Shown: positions 19,931-30,747 of the stretch, in pieces
Position numbering within the stretch: the stretch's first letter is position 1
Layout: the number at the start of each line of letters is the position of its first letter
NCBI GenBank assembly: GCA_963663165.1
Contig: OY760175.1
Coordinates: forward strand, 1,472,001 to 1,536,000
Origin: an uncultured Desulfospira sp.
Lineage (GTDB): Bacteria; Desulfobacterota; Desulfobacteria; Desulfobacterales; Desulfobacteraceae
Direction of reading: 5' to 3'
Length of the DNA: 64,000 nt
Program-made: the position numbers and the translations under genes
The notes under the pieces: generated by a model
What the model saw: only the letters and a program-made list of their open reading frames with translations
The model's database searches: none
Told to the model about the DNA's origin: nothing

Positions 19931-20052
19931 AAACGATGTGGGGTGGGCACGCTGTTTGTGCCCACCGGAATAAAATTGACGCAGACTGAAGAACCAAATC
20001 CGGGGATACGCGATCCGGTCTCCCGTTTCCGGCTTCCTGCCTCCCCCTATTC

Positions 20053-22095
20053 CTATTCCCCCTGCCCCACCGGCAGCCGGATCCGAAAACAGCACCCTTC
20101 TCCAGGCTCGGACTCCACCTCAATCTGCCCGCCATGGTTTTCCGTAACAATAAAATAGGAAATGGAAAGCCCTAAACCGGTTCCATCTCCCACGTCCTTG
20201 GTCGTAAAAAAAGGATCAAATATTCTCTTCCGGATTTGGTCGTCCATGCCGGGCCCGTTGTCCCTGATCTCAACACAAACCATGTCCTCATCTTCGATCT
20301 GCTCACCAAAAACCTTGATGGTAAATCGGGGATCAGCCGTGTTCTGCCCGGACATCATGGCCTGGGCCCCGTTTGACAGTATATTAAAGAAAACCTGCTG
20401 GATTTCACTGGCCCGGCAGCGGCATGCCGGGGTGTCCGGATCATATGCCTTAACAATATCAATTTTCCTGAAATCAAATTTGGTTTTCAGGTTATAATCG
20501 CTTTGGGCCAGCTCCACGGTTTTATCCAGCAGGCCTGATACATTTTCAAAGGCCAGCTCCCCGCTGCTCTTGCGTGAAAATGAAAGCATATTGGAAACAA
20601 TCGCCGCAGCACGTTTCCCGGCGGTCATGATGGAGCCGAGCATGGCATAAATTTTTCGTTTCTCCATGTATTCTTGAAGGCAGTCCAGATCCAGGCGGGC
20701 TTCCTGTGCGGCGTTAAGATTGGCCGGAAGCCTGGTTTTCAGCCGGCTTTCTATGACCTGGGCGTTTTGGAGAATTCCGGCCAGAGGATTGTTGATTTCA
20801 TGGGCCAGCCCCGCTGCCATGCCGCCAAGGGAGGCCATTTTTTCAGAGTGGAGAATCATTTTCTCAAGCCTTGCCTTTTCATTTTCTTTCTGCTTGAGGT
20901 TTAATGCCTCTCCAAGGGAAAGGGCCAGGATCAATCCGGCTTCCAGGTCTTCATCGTCATACCCCGAAGATTTACCGGCAAAGGCTATGATTCCCTCTAT
21001 TTGTGAGCCCAGCCAGATGGGAATCCCCATAAAATTATCCGAATGAAAAGGCCCGGAGGACAGGCCCGTAAAAAGGGGATGTGTATCCAGTTCATTGGCA
21101 ATGACCGGGCTGTTCTCCCGGACCACCTGGGACAACGCCCCATCGGCTTTAACCCTTATGGATTTGTTTTTGTTCAAGCCGTGCTCCGTGTACAGATTTT
21201 CAGATGCGGCCAGAATATCAAGTTCTTCGGGGATTTCACTTCGTCTATGGCCAATAAAACTGTATCTGGACGGAATTACCTCCATTGCAATGGGGATGAA
21301 CAGCCGGGCCACATCCACGGATGACCGGGCCAGCATAGATTTTTGGAAAATGTTTTTTACCGAAGAAATCACCACGCTCTGGCGAAGAATTTTTTCTTCA
21401 GTCCGTTCCTTGTTCAAAATTTCCTGCTCCAGCTCCGCATTGGTCTGGGCAAGGGCCGTGATTTTTTCTTTAACAGCGTTTTGCATGGCCGCAAAATTCC
21501 GGGCAAGCTCCCCGATCTCGCCTTGTCCGATTTGCTCAATTTCCTTGTCAAGGTTGCCGGCAGCAATCTGGGAAGCGGCCTGGGATAACCGGGTCACCGG
21601 TCTGAGCAGCCGGTTGATCAGGCTGGTAAGAATCAGAACAAACATCGCGGTCACAATAAAACTAAACACCAGCATTTGCCCCCGGAATTCGGCCATTTTT
21701 TTTTCAATGCGGCCCGTTGAGTAGACCACGGACATTTGGCCGAGTCGCTGGCCTTCATGAACAATATCAAATTTTCTTTTAATATCGATTCCGCCGGGCT
21801 CAATTTTTCGTTCAATATAAAAATTGGTACCAATATCGGATTCCTCAATGGCAATCCGCTTCATGTTCTTATCACCAAAAAAGGTGATCATATTATGCTT
21901 TAGGGTATCCCTGTCCTCGTTAAAAAGGGGCCTGGCATTGATGAACTTCATAATCTGAACAGCCCCGTCAATCCGCTTGTTAAGGGTTACAAGTTCCATC
22001 CGGCCGATTTGTTCTGTAAAATAAAAACAAAGAAAAAAATTAATAATGGCGCTGGAAATGGCAACAACGGCGATAATGCGTGATCTTAGACCCAT
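20053..22095 (-). CDS. Sensor histidine kinase (TM-HAMP-GAF-HisKA-HATPase)
   Basis: GLAHEINNPL H-box, QVFFNILSN, DNGPG, FFTTK, GTGLGL. Confidence 0.92.
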   Translation of the reverse strand: MGLRSRIIAVVAISSAIINFFLCFYFTEQIGRMELVTLNKRIDGAVQIMKFINARPLFNEDRDTLKHNMITFFGDKNMKRIAIEESDIGTNFYIERKIEPGGIDIKRKFDIVHEGQRLGQMSVVYSTGRIEKKMAEFRGQMLVFSFIVTAMFVLILTSLINRLLRPVTRLSQAASQIAAGNLDKEIEQIGQGEIGELARNFAAMQNAVKEKITALAQTNAELEQEILNKERTEEKILRQSVVISSVKNIFQKSMLARSSVDVARLFIPIAMEVIPSRYSFIGHRRSEIPEELDILAASENLYTEHGLNKNKSIRVKADGALSQVVRENSPVIANELDTHPLFTGLSSGPFHSDNFMGIPIWLGSQIEGIIAFAGKSSGYDDEDLEAGLILALSLGEALNLKQKENEKARLEKMILHSEKMASLGGMAAGLAHEINNPLAGILQNAQVIESRLKTRLPANLNAAQEARLDLDCLQEYMEKRKIYAMLGSIMTAGKRAAAIVSNMLSFSRKSSGELAFENVSGLLDKTVELAQSDYNLKTKFDFRKIDIVKAYDPDTPACRCRASEIQQVFFNILSNGAQAMMSGQNTADPRFTIKVFGEQIEDEDMVCVEIRDNGPGMDDQIRKRIFDPFFTTKDVGDGTGLGLSISYFIVTENHGGQIEVESEPGEGCCFRIRLPVGQGE

Positions 22096-22146
22096 TTTTC
22101 ATGGTTCCTGTGATGCCCGCAAGAGGGGCTTAGGCTGCCCCTCTTT

Positions 22147-23085
22147 TCAGGCAAGAGCGTTTTCGTTCAGGCTGACCTTTCTGACCAGTTCCCGGTAATC
22201 TGCAGACGCAGTAGAGCCGGGTGCAAACTCAAAAATTGACTTCCCAAATGACGGTGCCTCAGACAGGCTTTCGCTGTATCTGATGGGGGTGCATACATAT
22301 TCCGGATAAAGTCTTTTTAATTGGGAATAAAGGGTTTGGGGACCTTTAATCCGGGTATCCATAAAGGTGGGGACAATGTATTTGAGCTGGATTTCTTTTC
22401 TGTACTTCTGAATGGACCCCAGGCTTTTCATAAATTCAGACAGCCCGTGCAGGGGCATGACTTCCAGGGCCACCGGAACCAGCACCTCTGTCGCATAAAA
22501 CAGAACGTTTACGATGAGCTGGTCCCATCCCGGCGATGTGTCCATGATAATAAAATCAAATTTCCGGTTCAGGGGCTTTAATGCCTCTGCCAGGGTGTAT
22601 TCGGCCCCAAAGCTCTTTCGGTCTATAATTCGTTTGACGCCGGCCAGAGACTTCCCCCCGCTCAAAAGCCAAAGGTTGTTCCGGGCCTGGACCAGGCATT
22701 CCTCGGGGGTGAGTTCCCGGGTGAGCAGTTCGGTCAGGCCGGCCTTGGGTTTTTTCCCGAGCAGATAAGAAGACTGGCCCTGGGTATCGGTATCCACCAG
22801 CAGAACCTTGTATCCGGCAAGGCAGAGCCCTACCCCGAGGTTCACCGATGTGGTTGTCTTTCCTACCCCGCCCTTACTTAAGGTGACACAAATTTTCCTG
22901 GCCTCGGGCCGGGGTTTTTCCTGGGTGTCCGAAGGTGTGTCAGACAGCTGATCCATGGGAACCGGGAATTTATGGCCGCAGGAGCGGCAGGTGGCAAACA
23001 CCTTTTTCCCTGTTTGAACATGGGCTTTGATATTGTCCGGATTTACCTTGTGTTTTCTGGCGCATTTAGGGCAGACAATGATCAT
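22147..23085 (-). CDS. ParA/Soj family ATPase with N-terminal zinc ribbon
   Basis: CPKC...CRSC then KGGVGKTTT, VDTDTQG. Confidence 0.88.
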   Translation of the reverse strand: MIIVCPKCARKHKVNPDNIKAHVQTGKKVFATCRSCGHKFPVPMDQLSDTPSDTQEKPRPEARKICVTLSKGGVGKTTTSVNLGVGLCLAGYKVLLVDTDTQGQSSYLLGKKPKAGLTELLTRELTPEECLVQARNNLWLLSGGKSLAGVKRIIDRKSFGAEYTLAEALKPLNRKFDFIIMDTSPGWDQLIVNVLFYATEVLVPVALEVMPLHGLSEFMKSLGSIQKYRKEIQLKYIVPTFMDTRIKGPQTLYSQLKRLYPEYVCTPIRYSESLSEAPSFGKSIFEFAPGSTASADYRELVRKVSLNENALA

Positions 23086-23411
23086 GACTCGGGCTCCTCC
23101 CTTTTCAATTCATCAAGGATAGCGTTCACAGCGATACTGGCAATCCGCTTCATGGACATGGTTCTGTATTTTCCGGGCCCCACTTTTAACCGGATCTTGG
23201 CCTTGCCCTCCCATACTTCCACGGAAACATTCTCCTTTGATAATTTCCAGGATTTTTCCCTGGCGCCGTTATCCGTGTCCGTCGATTCTGTGTCCGGAAT
23301 GTCATCTTCGGTGCCCCGGTAAATCAGGCAGTCCAGCTCACGGGTTTTTTCGGCAAATTCCTTATCATCGCCCCCCAGGATTTTTCCCATGATGTCTTTT
23401 TTCGGGTCCAT
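23082..23411 (-). CDS. Hypothetical protein
   Basis: 109-aa ORF with ATGA overlap to the ParA-like gene. Confidence 0.6.
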   Translation of the reverse strand: MDPKKDIMGKILGGDDKEFAEKTRELDCLIYRGTEDDIPDTESTDTDNGAREKSWKLSKENVSVEVWEGKAKIRLKVGPGKYRTMSMKRIASIAVNAILDELKREEPES

Positions 23412-23423
23412 GGTGCTGTTTTC

Positions 23424-23843
23424 CTATTCTGCCGATACGTCTCGGTCCGTCAGGCTCAGGGCCTCTTTTTTCATCCGGGCCAGAACCTCGTTCATCTGGT
23501 TGAGTTTATCCCGGCCCAGGTTTTGCCATTTAAGCCCGTACATCCAGCCCCCCTGGGCATCAAAAGATCGATGAACAATTTCGCCTTCAAGATTGGGAAA
23601 GGTCATGCCCCCCATGGACAGAACCGCATTGGATACTTTGGTTCCAATTTCAAAGTCCTGGCCGCCGTCCCTGTCTTTGATGCCGATGCCTTGAGCATTG
23701 GCGTCCATGACCGCATATTGTCTGGTTTCCCCGAGAATCAGAACCACACTGCCGTCCTCCAAAACGGGGACACGATAATGCTTGCGGACCTGATCCTCAG
23801 ACTCTCCGGTAACCGGTTGGATATTAATGGATTCCTCTGTCAT
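23424..23843 (-). CDS. PilZ-domain protein
   Basis: RKHYR (RxxxR) and DANAQG (DxxxxG-like). Confidence 0.7.
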   Translation of the reverse strand: MTEESINIQPVTGESEDQVRKHYRVPVLEDGSVVLILGETRQYAVMDANAQGIGIKDRDGGQDFEIGTKVSNAVLSMGGMTFPNLEGEIVHRSFDAQGGWMYGLKWQNLGRDKLNQMNEVLARMKKEALSLTDRDVSAE

Positions 23844-23961
23844 GGTTCACCTTTCATTAAAAATACAGGGTGAAGGCATTTAATATTACGATGAAAAAAT
23901 ATAACAGCTATGCCCGATTCAGGCAAGAAGGCTCGTGAAATATTCCTGGGTAACCAAATAA

Positions 23962-24000
23962 AAAAAAGTGCCGGACCTTATGGAAGGCCCGGCACTTTTT
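23962..24000 (-). terminator. Rho-independent terminator after atpE
   Basis: AAAAAGTGCCGG...CCGGCACTTTTT inverted repeat with flanking A/T runs. Confidence 0.8.
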
Positions 24001-24021
24001 AAACCGCTATATCCGTATGGA

Positions 24022-24291
24022 TTAATGTCCGCCCAGTGCGCCCACTGCTGCTGTCAGAGCAGGATGTGCGTACATAAGGATCAGGGCGACAACCAGTGCG
24101 TAGATACACAGAGATTCGATCATGGCCAGACCGATCAGCATGTTAACCTGGATTTTACCGGCTGCTTCGGGGTTTCTTGAAATACCGCTCATGGCGCCGG
24201 CAAGACCAAGGCCCTGACCAATGCCGCAACCAAATGCTGCAATACCAATTGCAAGACCTGCTGCCCATACACTACCTACGAGAAATTCCAT
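24022..24291 (-). CDS. atpE: ATP synthase F0 subunit c
   Basis: [22 protein letters not shown]. Confidence 0.95.
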   Translation of the reverse strand: MEFLVGSVWAAGLAIGIAAFGCGIGQGLGLAGAMSGISRNPEAAGKIQVNMLIGLAMIESLCIYALVVALILMYAHPALTAAVGALGGH

Positions 24292-24374
24292 GTTTTACTC
24301 CTTAAAACTAATAAGTTAATATAAAATTTAACGGGCTTCTTCCAGTTCCCGTAAAACCGCTCGTTTTGCTTTCC

Positions 24375-25070
24375 CTAATGTGCTTCTTCTATGGCACCGG
24401 CAATATACATGGTGGAGAGAAGGTAAAATACAAAGGCCTGGATAAAGGCGACCAGAACACCTAAGGTCATCACCGGCAGGGGGGCCAGGAACATGCCGCC
24501 AAGGCCAAGCAGAATCCCCACAACCAGCTCATGGCCGGCCATGTTGCCGAAAAGACGGAAGGTCAGGGACAGAACCCGTGCCGAATGCCCGATGATCTCA
24601 ATGGGGAGAAACAACGGGATCATGGCCGGTACCGGTCCCAGAAAATGTTTGATATATTTGATGCCGTGCTGCTGAATACCGACGATATGGCTCCAGAGAA
24701 CTGCAATAAGGGCCATGGCCAGGGTGGTGTTGATGCTCGCGGTGGGCGGGAAAAAGGCCGGAACCAGCCCCATGAGGTTGCCGATGAGAACAAATAAGAA
24801 GATAGTCAGCACCAGGGGAAAGGATTTGCGCCCTTCTTCGCCGGTGACGCTGACCGTGAATTCTTCGAGTCCGGAAATCAGTACTTCAAAGAAATTCTGG
24901 GCTGCCTTGGGGACAATGGAAACGCTTTTTCCTGCCAGCCAGCCGAGAAAAATCAGAATAATCATGGCCAGCCACATATAGGTCACATGGGAATTATGAG
25001 CTGCCCATTCCTCTGCACCGGAACCAAAAATACCAAACAACGAAGTAAGAAATAAATACGGATGTTCCAC
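24375..25070 (-). CDS. atpB: ATP synthase F0 subunit a
   Basis: LSLTFRLFGNM, IQAFVF; GTG start. Confidence 0.95.
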   Translation of the reverse strand: MEHPYLFLTSLFGIFGSGAEEWAAHNSHVTYMWLAMIILIFLGWLAGKSVSIVPKAAQNFFEVLISGLEEFTVSVTGEEGRKSFPLVLTIFLFVLIGNLMGLVPAFFPPTASINTTLAMALIAVLWSHIVGIQQHGIKYIKHFLGPVPAMIPLFLPIEIIGHSARVLSLTFRLFGNMAGHELVVGILLGLGGMFLAPLPVMTLGVLVAFIQAFVFYLLSTMYIAGAIEEAH

Positions 25071-25071
25071 C

Positions 25072-25476
25072 TTAAACCGCCTCCTTGAATAATAATCTTG
25101 TCAACGCAAACATTGTTGCCAGAAAAATGCTTGCCACAACCACTGAAAGCCCTGCCAGGAGCCCCAGGGGATGAACAATATGCTTTGATACCAGCAGAAA
25201 TATCACAATCCCGCTGATTAAGAATCGAATATAATATTTGACCAGGACATTCCCGAGAAGCGAATTCCCTTTTTCCAGCACCTTGTTGGGGGACAGGCTG
25301 TTTTTAACGGTTTTTTTCAGGGCATGAAAATTCACCGCCCCGATCAACCCGCCGCAGATAATCCCCAGGTAGACCGCCTGGCTTGCCGAAGCCAGGGCAA
25401 TCATCCCCGCCAGGGCCAGAAGCAGCCAGTTGGATACCGTGACAAAATCCACCAGTTTTGAAATATCCTGAATCAA
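25072..25476 (-). CDS. atpI: ATP synthase protein I
   Basis: 4-TM protein upstream of atpB. Confidence 0.75.
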   Translation of the reverse strand: MIQDISKLVDFVTVSNWLLLALAGMIALASASQAVYLGIICGGLIGAVNFHALKKTVKNSLSPNKVLEKGNSLLGNVLVKYYIRFLISGIVIFLLVSKHIVHPLGLLAGLSVVVASIFLATMFALTRLLFKEAV

Positions 25477-25691
25477 TACTTTTTCCCTTTTTTCCCGGCC
25501 CTGATGATATTGCTGAACCCGGCTGCGATGCCGAATGCCAGCCCCACGAACATCAGGATGGGTTTGGTGCCGAATGTCTTGTCAAGCCAGAGCCCCAGAG
25601 CAAGCCCCATGAAAATGGCAAGGGCCACGGAAAGCCCGAGACTGGCAAAATACCCCAGTTCTCTGACAGTCTGACCGGTTTCCTTTTTCAT
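25473..25691 (-). CDS. AtpZ/AtpI-family small membrane protein
   Basis: GLWLDKTFGTKP...GIAAGF pattern. Confidence 0.8.
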   Translation of the reverse strand: MKKETGQTVRELGYFASLGLSVALAIFMGLALGLWLDKTFGTKPILMFVGLAFGIAAGFSNIIRAGKKGKKY

Positions 25692-25885
25692 AAGTGGGTT
25701 CCCTGCTGCTCTCTACAGCTTCCAAAGATCAAATTACTTAGGAGCAAATATCATATGCTCCCGGGTAAGTCAACGTGAAAAAGTGATTAAAATCCACCCG
25801 GGAATGCCGGTCCGGCCTGCCCGTTTCTATAAAGCCCGGGGCCTTTACTGGCCGGCGGTTTCTTAAAAAAACAACCCCATGAATT

Positions 25886-26647
25886 TCACCGCAGGACCAG
25901 GGCGGCACCCACGGCAAAGCGCCCGGTGATACGGCCTGCCCGGTATGAAAAAAAACGGCCGGCATTACACCTTGTACAGATGGCCATATTTTCAATATTC
26001 TTCTCCCGGACCCCTTTTTCCAGAAGCTGGTCCCTTGAAAGGGCCCAGAAATCAAAATAATCCCGGCCGTCAAGCCGGTACTGCCACAGGGTTTCCGGAA
26101 TCTCGGTTCTGTAATGGATAAACTCGGCGCAGCACGGCCCCAAAGAAGGGGAAATGCCGGCCAGAAGATCCCTGGGATCTGAGCCGAATTCCGCTGTCAT
26201 CAGGTCCACACACCGGCCAATGATATTGCCGACGCTTCCCCGCCAGCCCGAATGCACATTGGCCACCACCTTTTGTTGGGGATCATACACCAGAACCGCC
26301 TGGCAGTCGGCAACCTGAATCATCAGGGCAAGGCCCGGGATATCGGTGACCGCCCCGTCCGCCGGCGGCAGGTCTGAAAGCCCAGGATCGGGATCACGGG
26401 ATTGTTTCAAGACCACCAAATCAGGGCCATGCACCTGGTTGAGCCAGACCGCCTCTGAAACCCCTAAACATTCCAGAATCCTCTGCTGGTTTTCCCTTAC
26501 CGCTTTGGGGTCATCCCCCGTGGACAACCCCACGTTCAAAGATTCCCACGCCCCCTTGCTGATGCCCCCCTCACGGGAAAACACCCGGTGAACCAGCCCC
26601 GGGGCCTGTTTCAGATGGGAAAACTCAAGCCAAGGCAGGTCAATCAT
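25886..26647 (-). CDS. pgeF: PgeF/YfiH peptidoglycan editing factor (laccase-like domain)
   Basis: NQVHG, ADCQAV, HSGWRG, CTRC, FFSYR; start set at MIDLP. Confidence 0.88.
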   Translation of the reverse strand: MIDLPWLEFSHLKQAPGLVHRVFSREGGISKGAWESLNVGLSTGDDPKAVRENQQRILECLGVSEAVWLNQVHGPDLVVLKQSRDPDPGLSDLPPADGAVTDIPGLALMIQVADCQAVLVYDPQQKVVANVHSGWRGSVGNIIGRCVDLMTAEFGSDPRDLLAGISPSLGPCCAEFIHYRTEIPETLWQYRLDGRDYFDFWALSRDQLLEKGVREKNIENMAICTRCNAGRFFSYRAGRITGRFAVGAALVLR

Positions 26648-27119
26648 CGTAAAGCCTTTTAATCCGTTCAATAATGGCGGTGGTGGAAATATCATGTTCA
26701 AACGCCACCCTCACCACCCGGCCGCCCCGGGATTTGACAAAATCAGCCCCGATGATCTGATCTTCAGGCCAGTCCGCCCCTTTAACCAGGACATCCGGGC
26801 AGACCGACCGGATCAGGTTTCCCGGGTCCGCCTCATCAAACAGCACGACATGGGATACGGCCTCCAGGGCCGCCAGGACACTTGCCCTGTGGTCCTGGCC
26901 GATGACCGGCCGCTTGTCCCCTTTTATTTTTTTTACAGAGGTATCTGAATTCAGACCCACCACCAGGATATCCCCCTGGTCCGCGGCCAGGGCAAGGTAG
27001 GCGGCATGGCCGGCATGGAGGATATCAAAGCAGCCGTTGGTAAATACAATGGTTTTGCCCGATGCCCTGTAAGTTTCAGAAAGTTCTGCCATTTTTCCGT
27101 AAGAAAGAATTTTATCCAT
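26640..27119 (-). CDS. rfaE2: D-glycero-beta-D-manno-heptose 1-phosphate adenylyltransferase
   Basis: FTNGCFDILHAGH, GLNSD, LVKGADW, STTAII. Confidence 0.92.
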   Translation of the reverse strand: MDKILSYGKMAELSETYRASGKTIVFTNGCFDILHAGHAAYLALAADQGDILVVGLNSDTSVKKIKGDKRPVIGQDHRASVLAALEAVSHVVLFDEADPGNLIRSVCPDVLVKGADWPEDQIIGADFVKSRGGRVVRVAFEHDISTTAIIERIKRLYDD

Positions 27120-27897
27120 AGATATCCCCCCTCCGGCCGGCCATGCAGGGGATCATCTGTCTGGCCTTTTCAATTTGTTGAAAATCAATGTCACCAAAGG
27201 CGCAGGAACGGTCTTCTTCAAGAAGGGTCACCACCTTTCCCAGGGGATCAACGATCATGGAGTGGCCGGGAAAAACAAGGTCCCCGTCCTTTCCCGTCCG
27301 GTTGGCGCAAACCATGTACAGCTGGTTTTCAATGGCCCTTGCCTGAACCAGGCACGCCCAGTGTTCAATTCTGGGAAGGGGCCACTGGGCCGGGACCAGA
27401 ATCATCATAACATCCTGAAGGCAAAGGTTCCGGGCCAGCTCAGGAAACCGCAAATCATAACAGATCATCAGCCCTATTTTCCCGAGACTGGTGTCAATGG
27501 CCACCATCCGGTTTCCGGCGGTAAAACTGCCATCCTCCCCGGTTAAGGGGAACAAATGGAGTTTCCGGTAATATCCTTTAATTTCACCATCCGCGTCAAT
27601 AAAGTAATGGGTGTTAAACACCTGTCCTTTTTCCTGCTCGGGAAGGCTGCCGGAAATAGCCATTTTCCTTTGGGCGGCCGCATTGCAAAGGCGGTCTAAA
27701 ACCATGGGGGTATGGGCCGCACACTCTTTGACATGCCCTTTTTCAAACCCGCAGGAAAACAGTTCGGGCAGCACGGCCAGATCCGCCCCCTGCCCGGCCA
27801 GCTGTTCAATGTTTTCCATTACCCGTTCCATGTTGGCGTCGATCCTGCCGTTTTTAACGTCAAACTGAACCACGCCGGCTTTGATTTTTCGTTTCAT
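27112..27897 (-). CDS. Carbon-nitrogen hydrolase (nitrilase family)
   Basis: LPE, YRKLHLF, ICYDLRFPE catalytic triad motifs. Confidence 0.9.
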   Translation of the reverse strand: MKRKIKAGVVQFDVKNGRIDANMERVMENIEQLAGQGADLAVLPELFSCGFEKGHVKECAAHTPMVLDRLCNAAAQRKMAISGSLPEQEKGQVFNTHYFIDADGEIKGYYRKLHLFPLTGEDGSFTAGNRMVAIDTSLGKIGLMICYDLRFPELARNLCLQDVMMILVPAQWPLPRIEHWACLVQARAIENQLYMVCANRTGKDGDLVFPGHSMIVDPLGKVVTLLEEDRSCAFGDIDFQQIEKARQMIPCMAGRRGDIYG

Positions 27898-28083
27898 AGG
27901 CTAACCCGTTATATTGCGCCCTGTTACCATTTAATTCATATTTAAATCATAGAACATAGCCCCATCTGTCACGGTCCGTCAATTGTTTTGGGTCGATTTC
28001 TTTCTTTTACAAGTTTTATGAATATGATATTTTATAGACTTTAATCAATCCAACGTTTCAGGCAAAAGGACAAAGAAGGGGAC

Positions 28084-29757
28084 ATGGAAGAAGACAGCAA
28101 AAAAGGACATTTCATAGAGTCCATTATCAGACAGGACATTGCAGCCAATAAAAATGACGGCAAAGTGGTTACCCGGTTTCCGCCGGAACCCAACGGGTAT
28201 CTTCACATCGGCCACGCCAAGTCCATCTGCCTGAATTTCGGCATGGCCGGCAAGTTCAACGGCAAATGCAACCTGCGGTTTGACGATTCAAACCCGGCCA
28301 AAGAAAAACAGGTCTATATTGATTCCATTAAATCCACCGTTGAATGGCTCGGGTTCGAATACGGAAGCCCCCTGTATGCCTCAGACTATTTTGACCGGCT
28401 TTATGAATTTGCCCTTGAACTGATCAAAAAGGGCAAGGCTTACGTATGCAGCCTGTCTGCAGATGAAATCCGGGAATACCGGGGCACCCTGACCGAACCG
28501 GGCAAAGACAGCCCCTACCGGGACAGAACCGTGGAAGAGAACATGGACCTGTTCCTTCGCATGAAAAACGGGGAGTTCGGGGAGGGCGAACACACCTTAA
28601 GGGCCAAAATCGACATGGCCTCTCCCAACATCAACATGAGGGATCCCATCATCTACCGGGTCAAAAAGGCCCCCCATCCCCGGACCGGGGACCAGTGGTG
28701 CATTTATCCCATGTATGATTTCACCCATTGCCTGTCCGATGCCTTAGAGGGGATTACCCACTCTTTGTGTTCCCTGGAATTTGAAGACCACCGGCCCCTT
28801 TACGACTGGATCATTGACCAGCTCGATACCCCCTGCCACCCTCAGCAGATCGAGTTTGCCCGGATGAACATCAACTATACCGTGTTAAGCAAACGCAAAC
28901 TTCAGCGCCTGGTGGAACAGGAAATCGTTTCCGGATGGGACGACCCGAGGCTGCCCACCTTGGAAGGCATGAGAAGACGGGGGTACACCCCGGCCTCCCT
29001 CAGGAATTTCTGTGAGCTGATCGGGGTGTCCAAAAAGGAGAGCCGCATTGACATGGGCCTTCTGGAATCCTGCCTCAGGGATGATTTAAATGAGACCGCC
29101 CCCCGGGCGATGGCCGTCCTTCGCCCCCTGAAGGTGACCATTGAAAACTACCCTGAAGACCAGACCGAAACCATGGAGGCCATGAACCATCCCCAGAAAC
29201 CCGAATTCGGAAAACGCAACTTGACCTTTTCCCGGGAACTGTGGGTGGAACGCGATGACTTCATGGAAAATCCCCCCAAAAAGTTCTTCCGCCTGGGACC
29301 GGGCCGGGAGGTCCGGCTGCGGTACGCTTATCTCATTACCTGCAAAGAGGTGATCAAGGACGACGCCGGAAACGTTGTTGAGCTGATCTGCACCTATGAC
29401 CCTGAAACAAAAGGCGGCAACGCCCCTGACGGCCGAAAGGTCAAAGGAACCATCCACTGGGTCAATGCCAGGGACTGCATGGATGCCGAGGTCAGGCTCT
29501 ATGACCGGCTGTTCCGGGATGAAGACCCGGAACAGGGCAAGCAGGACTTTATCGACAATCTGAACCCCGACTCTCTTGAAATCTTAAAGGGATGCAAGCT
29601 GGAAAAAAGCCTTGGTGCCGCAGCGCCTGAAAAGGTGTTCCAGTTTGAGCGTCTGGGGTATTTCTGCCTGGATTCTAAAGACGCCACCAAAGATGCCCCG
29701 GTCTTTAACCGGACCGTGACCCTGCGGGACACCTGGGCCAAGGTGGCCCGTAAATAA
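28084..29757 (+). CDS. glnS: Glutaminyl-tRNA synthetase
   Basis: [36 protein letters not shown]. Confidence 0.97.
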   Translation: MEEDSKKGHFIESIIRQDIAANKNDGKVVTRFPPEPNGYLHIGHAKSICLNFGMAGKFNGKCNLRFDDSNPAKEKQVYIDSIKSTVEWLGFEYGSPLYASDYFDRLYEFALELIKKGKAYVCSLSADEIREYRGTLTEPGKDSPYRDRTVEENMDLFLRMKNGEFGEGEHTLRAKIDMASPNINMRDPIIYRVKKAPHPRTGDQWCIYPMYDFTHCLSDALEGITHSLCSLEFEDHRPLYDWIIDQLDTPCHPQQIEFARMNINYTVLSKRKLQRLVEQEIVSGWDDPRLPTLEGMRRRGYTPASLRNFCELIGVSKKESRIDMGLLESCLRDDLNETAPRAMAVLRPLKVTIENYPEDQTETMEAMNHPQKPEFGKRNLTFSRELWVERDDFMENPPKKFFRLGPGREVRLRYAYLITCKEVIKDDAGNVVELICTYDPETKGGNAPDGRKVKGTIHWVNARDCMDAEVRLYDRLFRDEDPEQGKQDFIDNLNPDSLEILKGCKLEKSLGAAAPEKVFQFERLGYFCLDSKDATKDAPVFNRTVTLRDTWAKVARK

Positions 29758-29766
29758 GCGATCTTA

Positions 29767-29845
29767 GTGGACCTGGAGGACGAAGTGGACCCTGTGACTG
29801 CAGCGCACCGGGTCCACGCTGTTCACAACGTCAAAACTGTTCACA
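29767..29845. repeat. Inverted 9-mer-period arrays (GTGGACnnn)n / (GTCCACnnn)n between convergent genes
   Basis: gtggacctggaggacgaagtggaccctgtgac ... gtccacgctgttcacaacgtcaaaactgttcac. Confidence 0.6.
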
Positions 29846-29882
29846 ATTCCAGCGGTATGGCAAGCCCACCCCCATTTATCTG

Positions 29883-30647
29883 TCATTTAAATTCCGATAA
29901 TGAGGTGTGGAGAATTTCTTGATATTCTCCGCTTTCTTTCATGGCATTTAAGGTTTCATTAAATTGATGCAATAACGCCGTCTGATTCATTATCTTAGGA
30001 AAAATGAGGTGGGTTGCGTTGGTGGCAACACATCCGGGAAGCTCAATGATGTGGTTCTTAAATCTGTCTTCTGACAGCAGCCTTCTGCCGCTGTCTTTAA
30101 TGGCAATGGCACAGTCGATTCGTCTGAAAAACAACTTCTGGAAATTTTGTTCATCACTGCCGGCTTCTTCCACCATAAAAAATTGTTTTTGTTGATAGGT
30201 ATCAAACTCATGCCCGTAACTCCATCCCCGGATAGCCCCAATTCTCTTGTCTTTTAACCCATTGAGATTTCCAGACAGCCCTTTATTGTCTTTATGTGAG
30301 AAAAACACCAGATCCTCCTGGAACAGGACATCGGAATAATCATATTTCTGAAGCCTTTCCGCAGTTTTATAAATACCGGCGATGCCGGAAAGCCCCATAT
30401 CCGCATTTCGAAGGGCCCGTTTCCATGGCAACGCGGTTATCTCAACCGGTGTTCCCATATGGTGAAAAACGGCGTAAACAAGATCCGGATACAATCCGCC
30501 GGCACGGCCGCCATGGTTAAACATGAATGGGGGATTCCCCTCATCAACGGTGATAAGGATCGGTTCCTCTCCAAACGCCAGGGAATAACTGACCAATAAA
30601 AATGCGACCATTACGATGCATCTTTTCATCATCATCCTCATCTGCAC
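29883..30647 (-). CDS. Periplasmic substrate-binding protein (SBP_bac_3-like), orphan
   Basis: Signal peptide, NPPF, LPWKRA, GAIRGWSYG, MKESGEY. Confidence 0.82.
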   Translation of the reverse strand: MQMRMMMKRCIVMVAFLLVSYSLAFGEEPILITVDEGNPPFMFNHGGRAGGLYPDLVYAVFHHMGTPVEITALPWKRALRNADMGLSGIAGIYKTAERLQKYDYSDVLFQEDLVFFSHKDNKGLSGNLNGLKDKRIGAIRGWSYGHEFDTYQQKQFFMVEEAGSDEQNFQKLFFRRIDCAIAIKDSGRRLLSEDRFKNHIIELPGCVATNATHLIFPKIMNQTALLHQFNETLNAMKESGEYQEILHTSLSEFK

Positions 30648-30747
30648 CGATTTAATATTGTTAGATATTATTGTCGCCAGAGCATCAGAATGTCAAACAA
30701 AAAGAAACCGCATTTTCAACGGCGTGGATGAATGTAAAGGAAAAGCG

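Noticed and set aside
24022..25691. Incomplete atp operon as a sign of decay
   Set aside because: Separation of atpI/B/E from the b and F1 genes is usual in deltaproteobacteria; the ORFs are intact.
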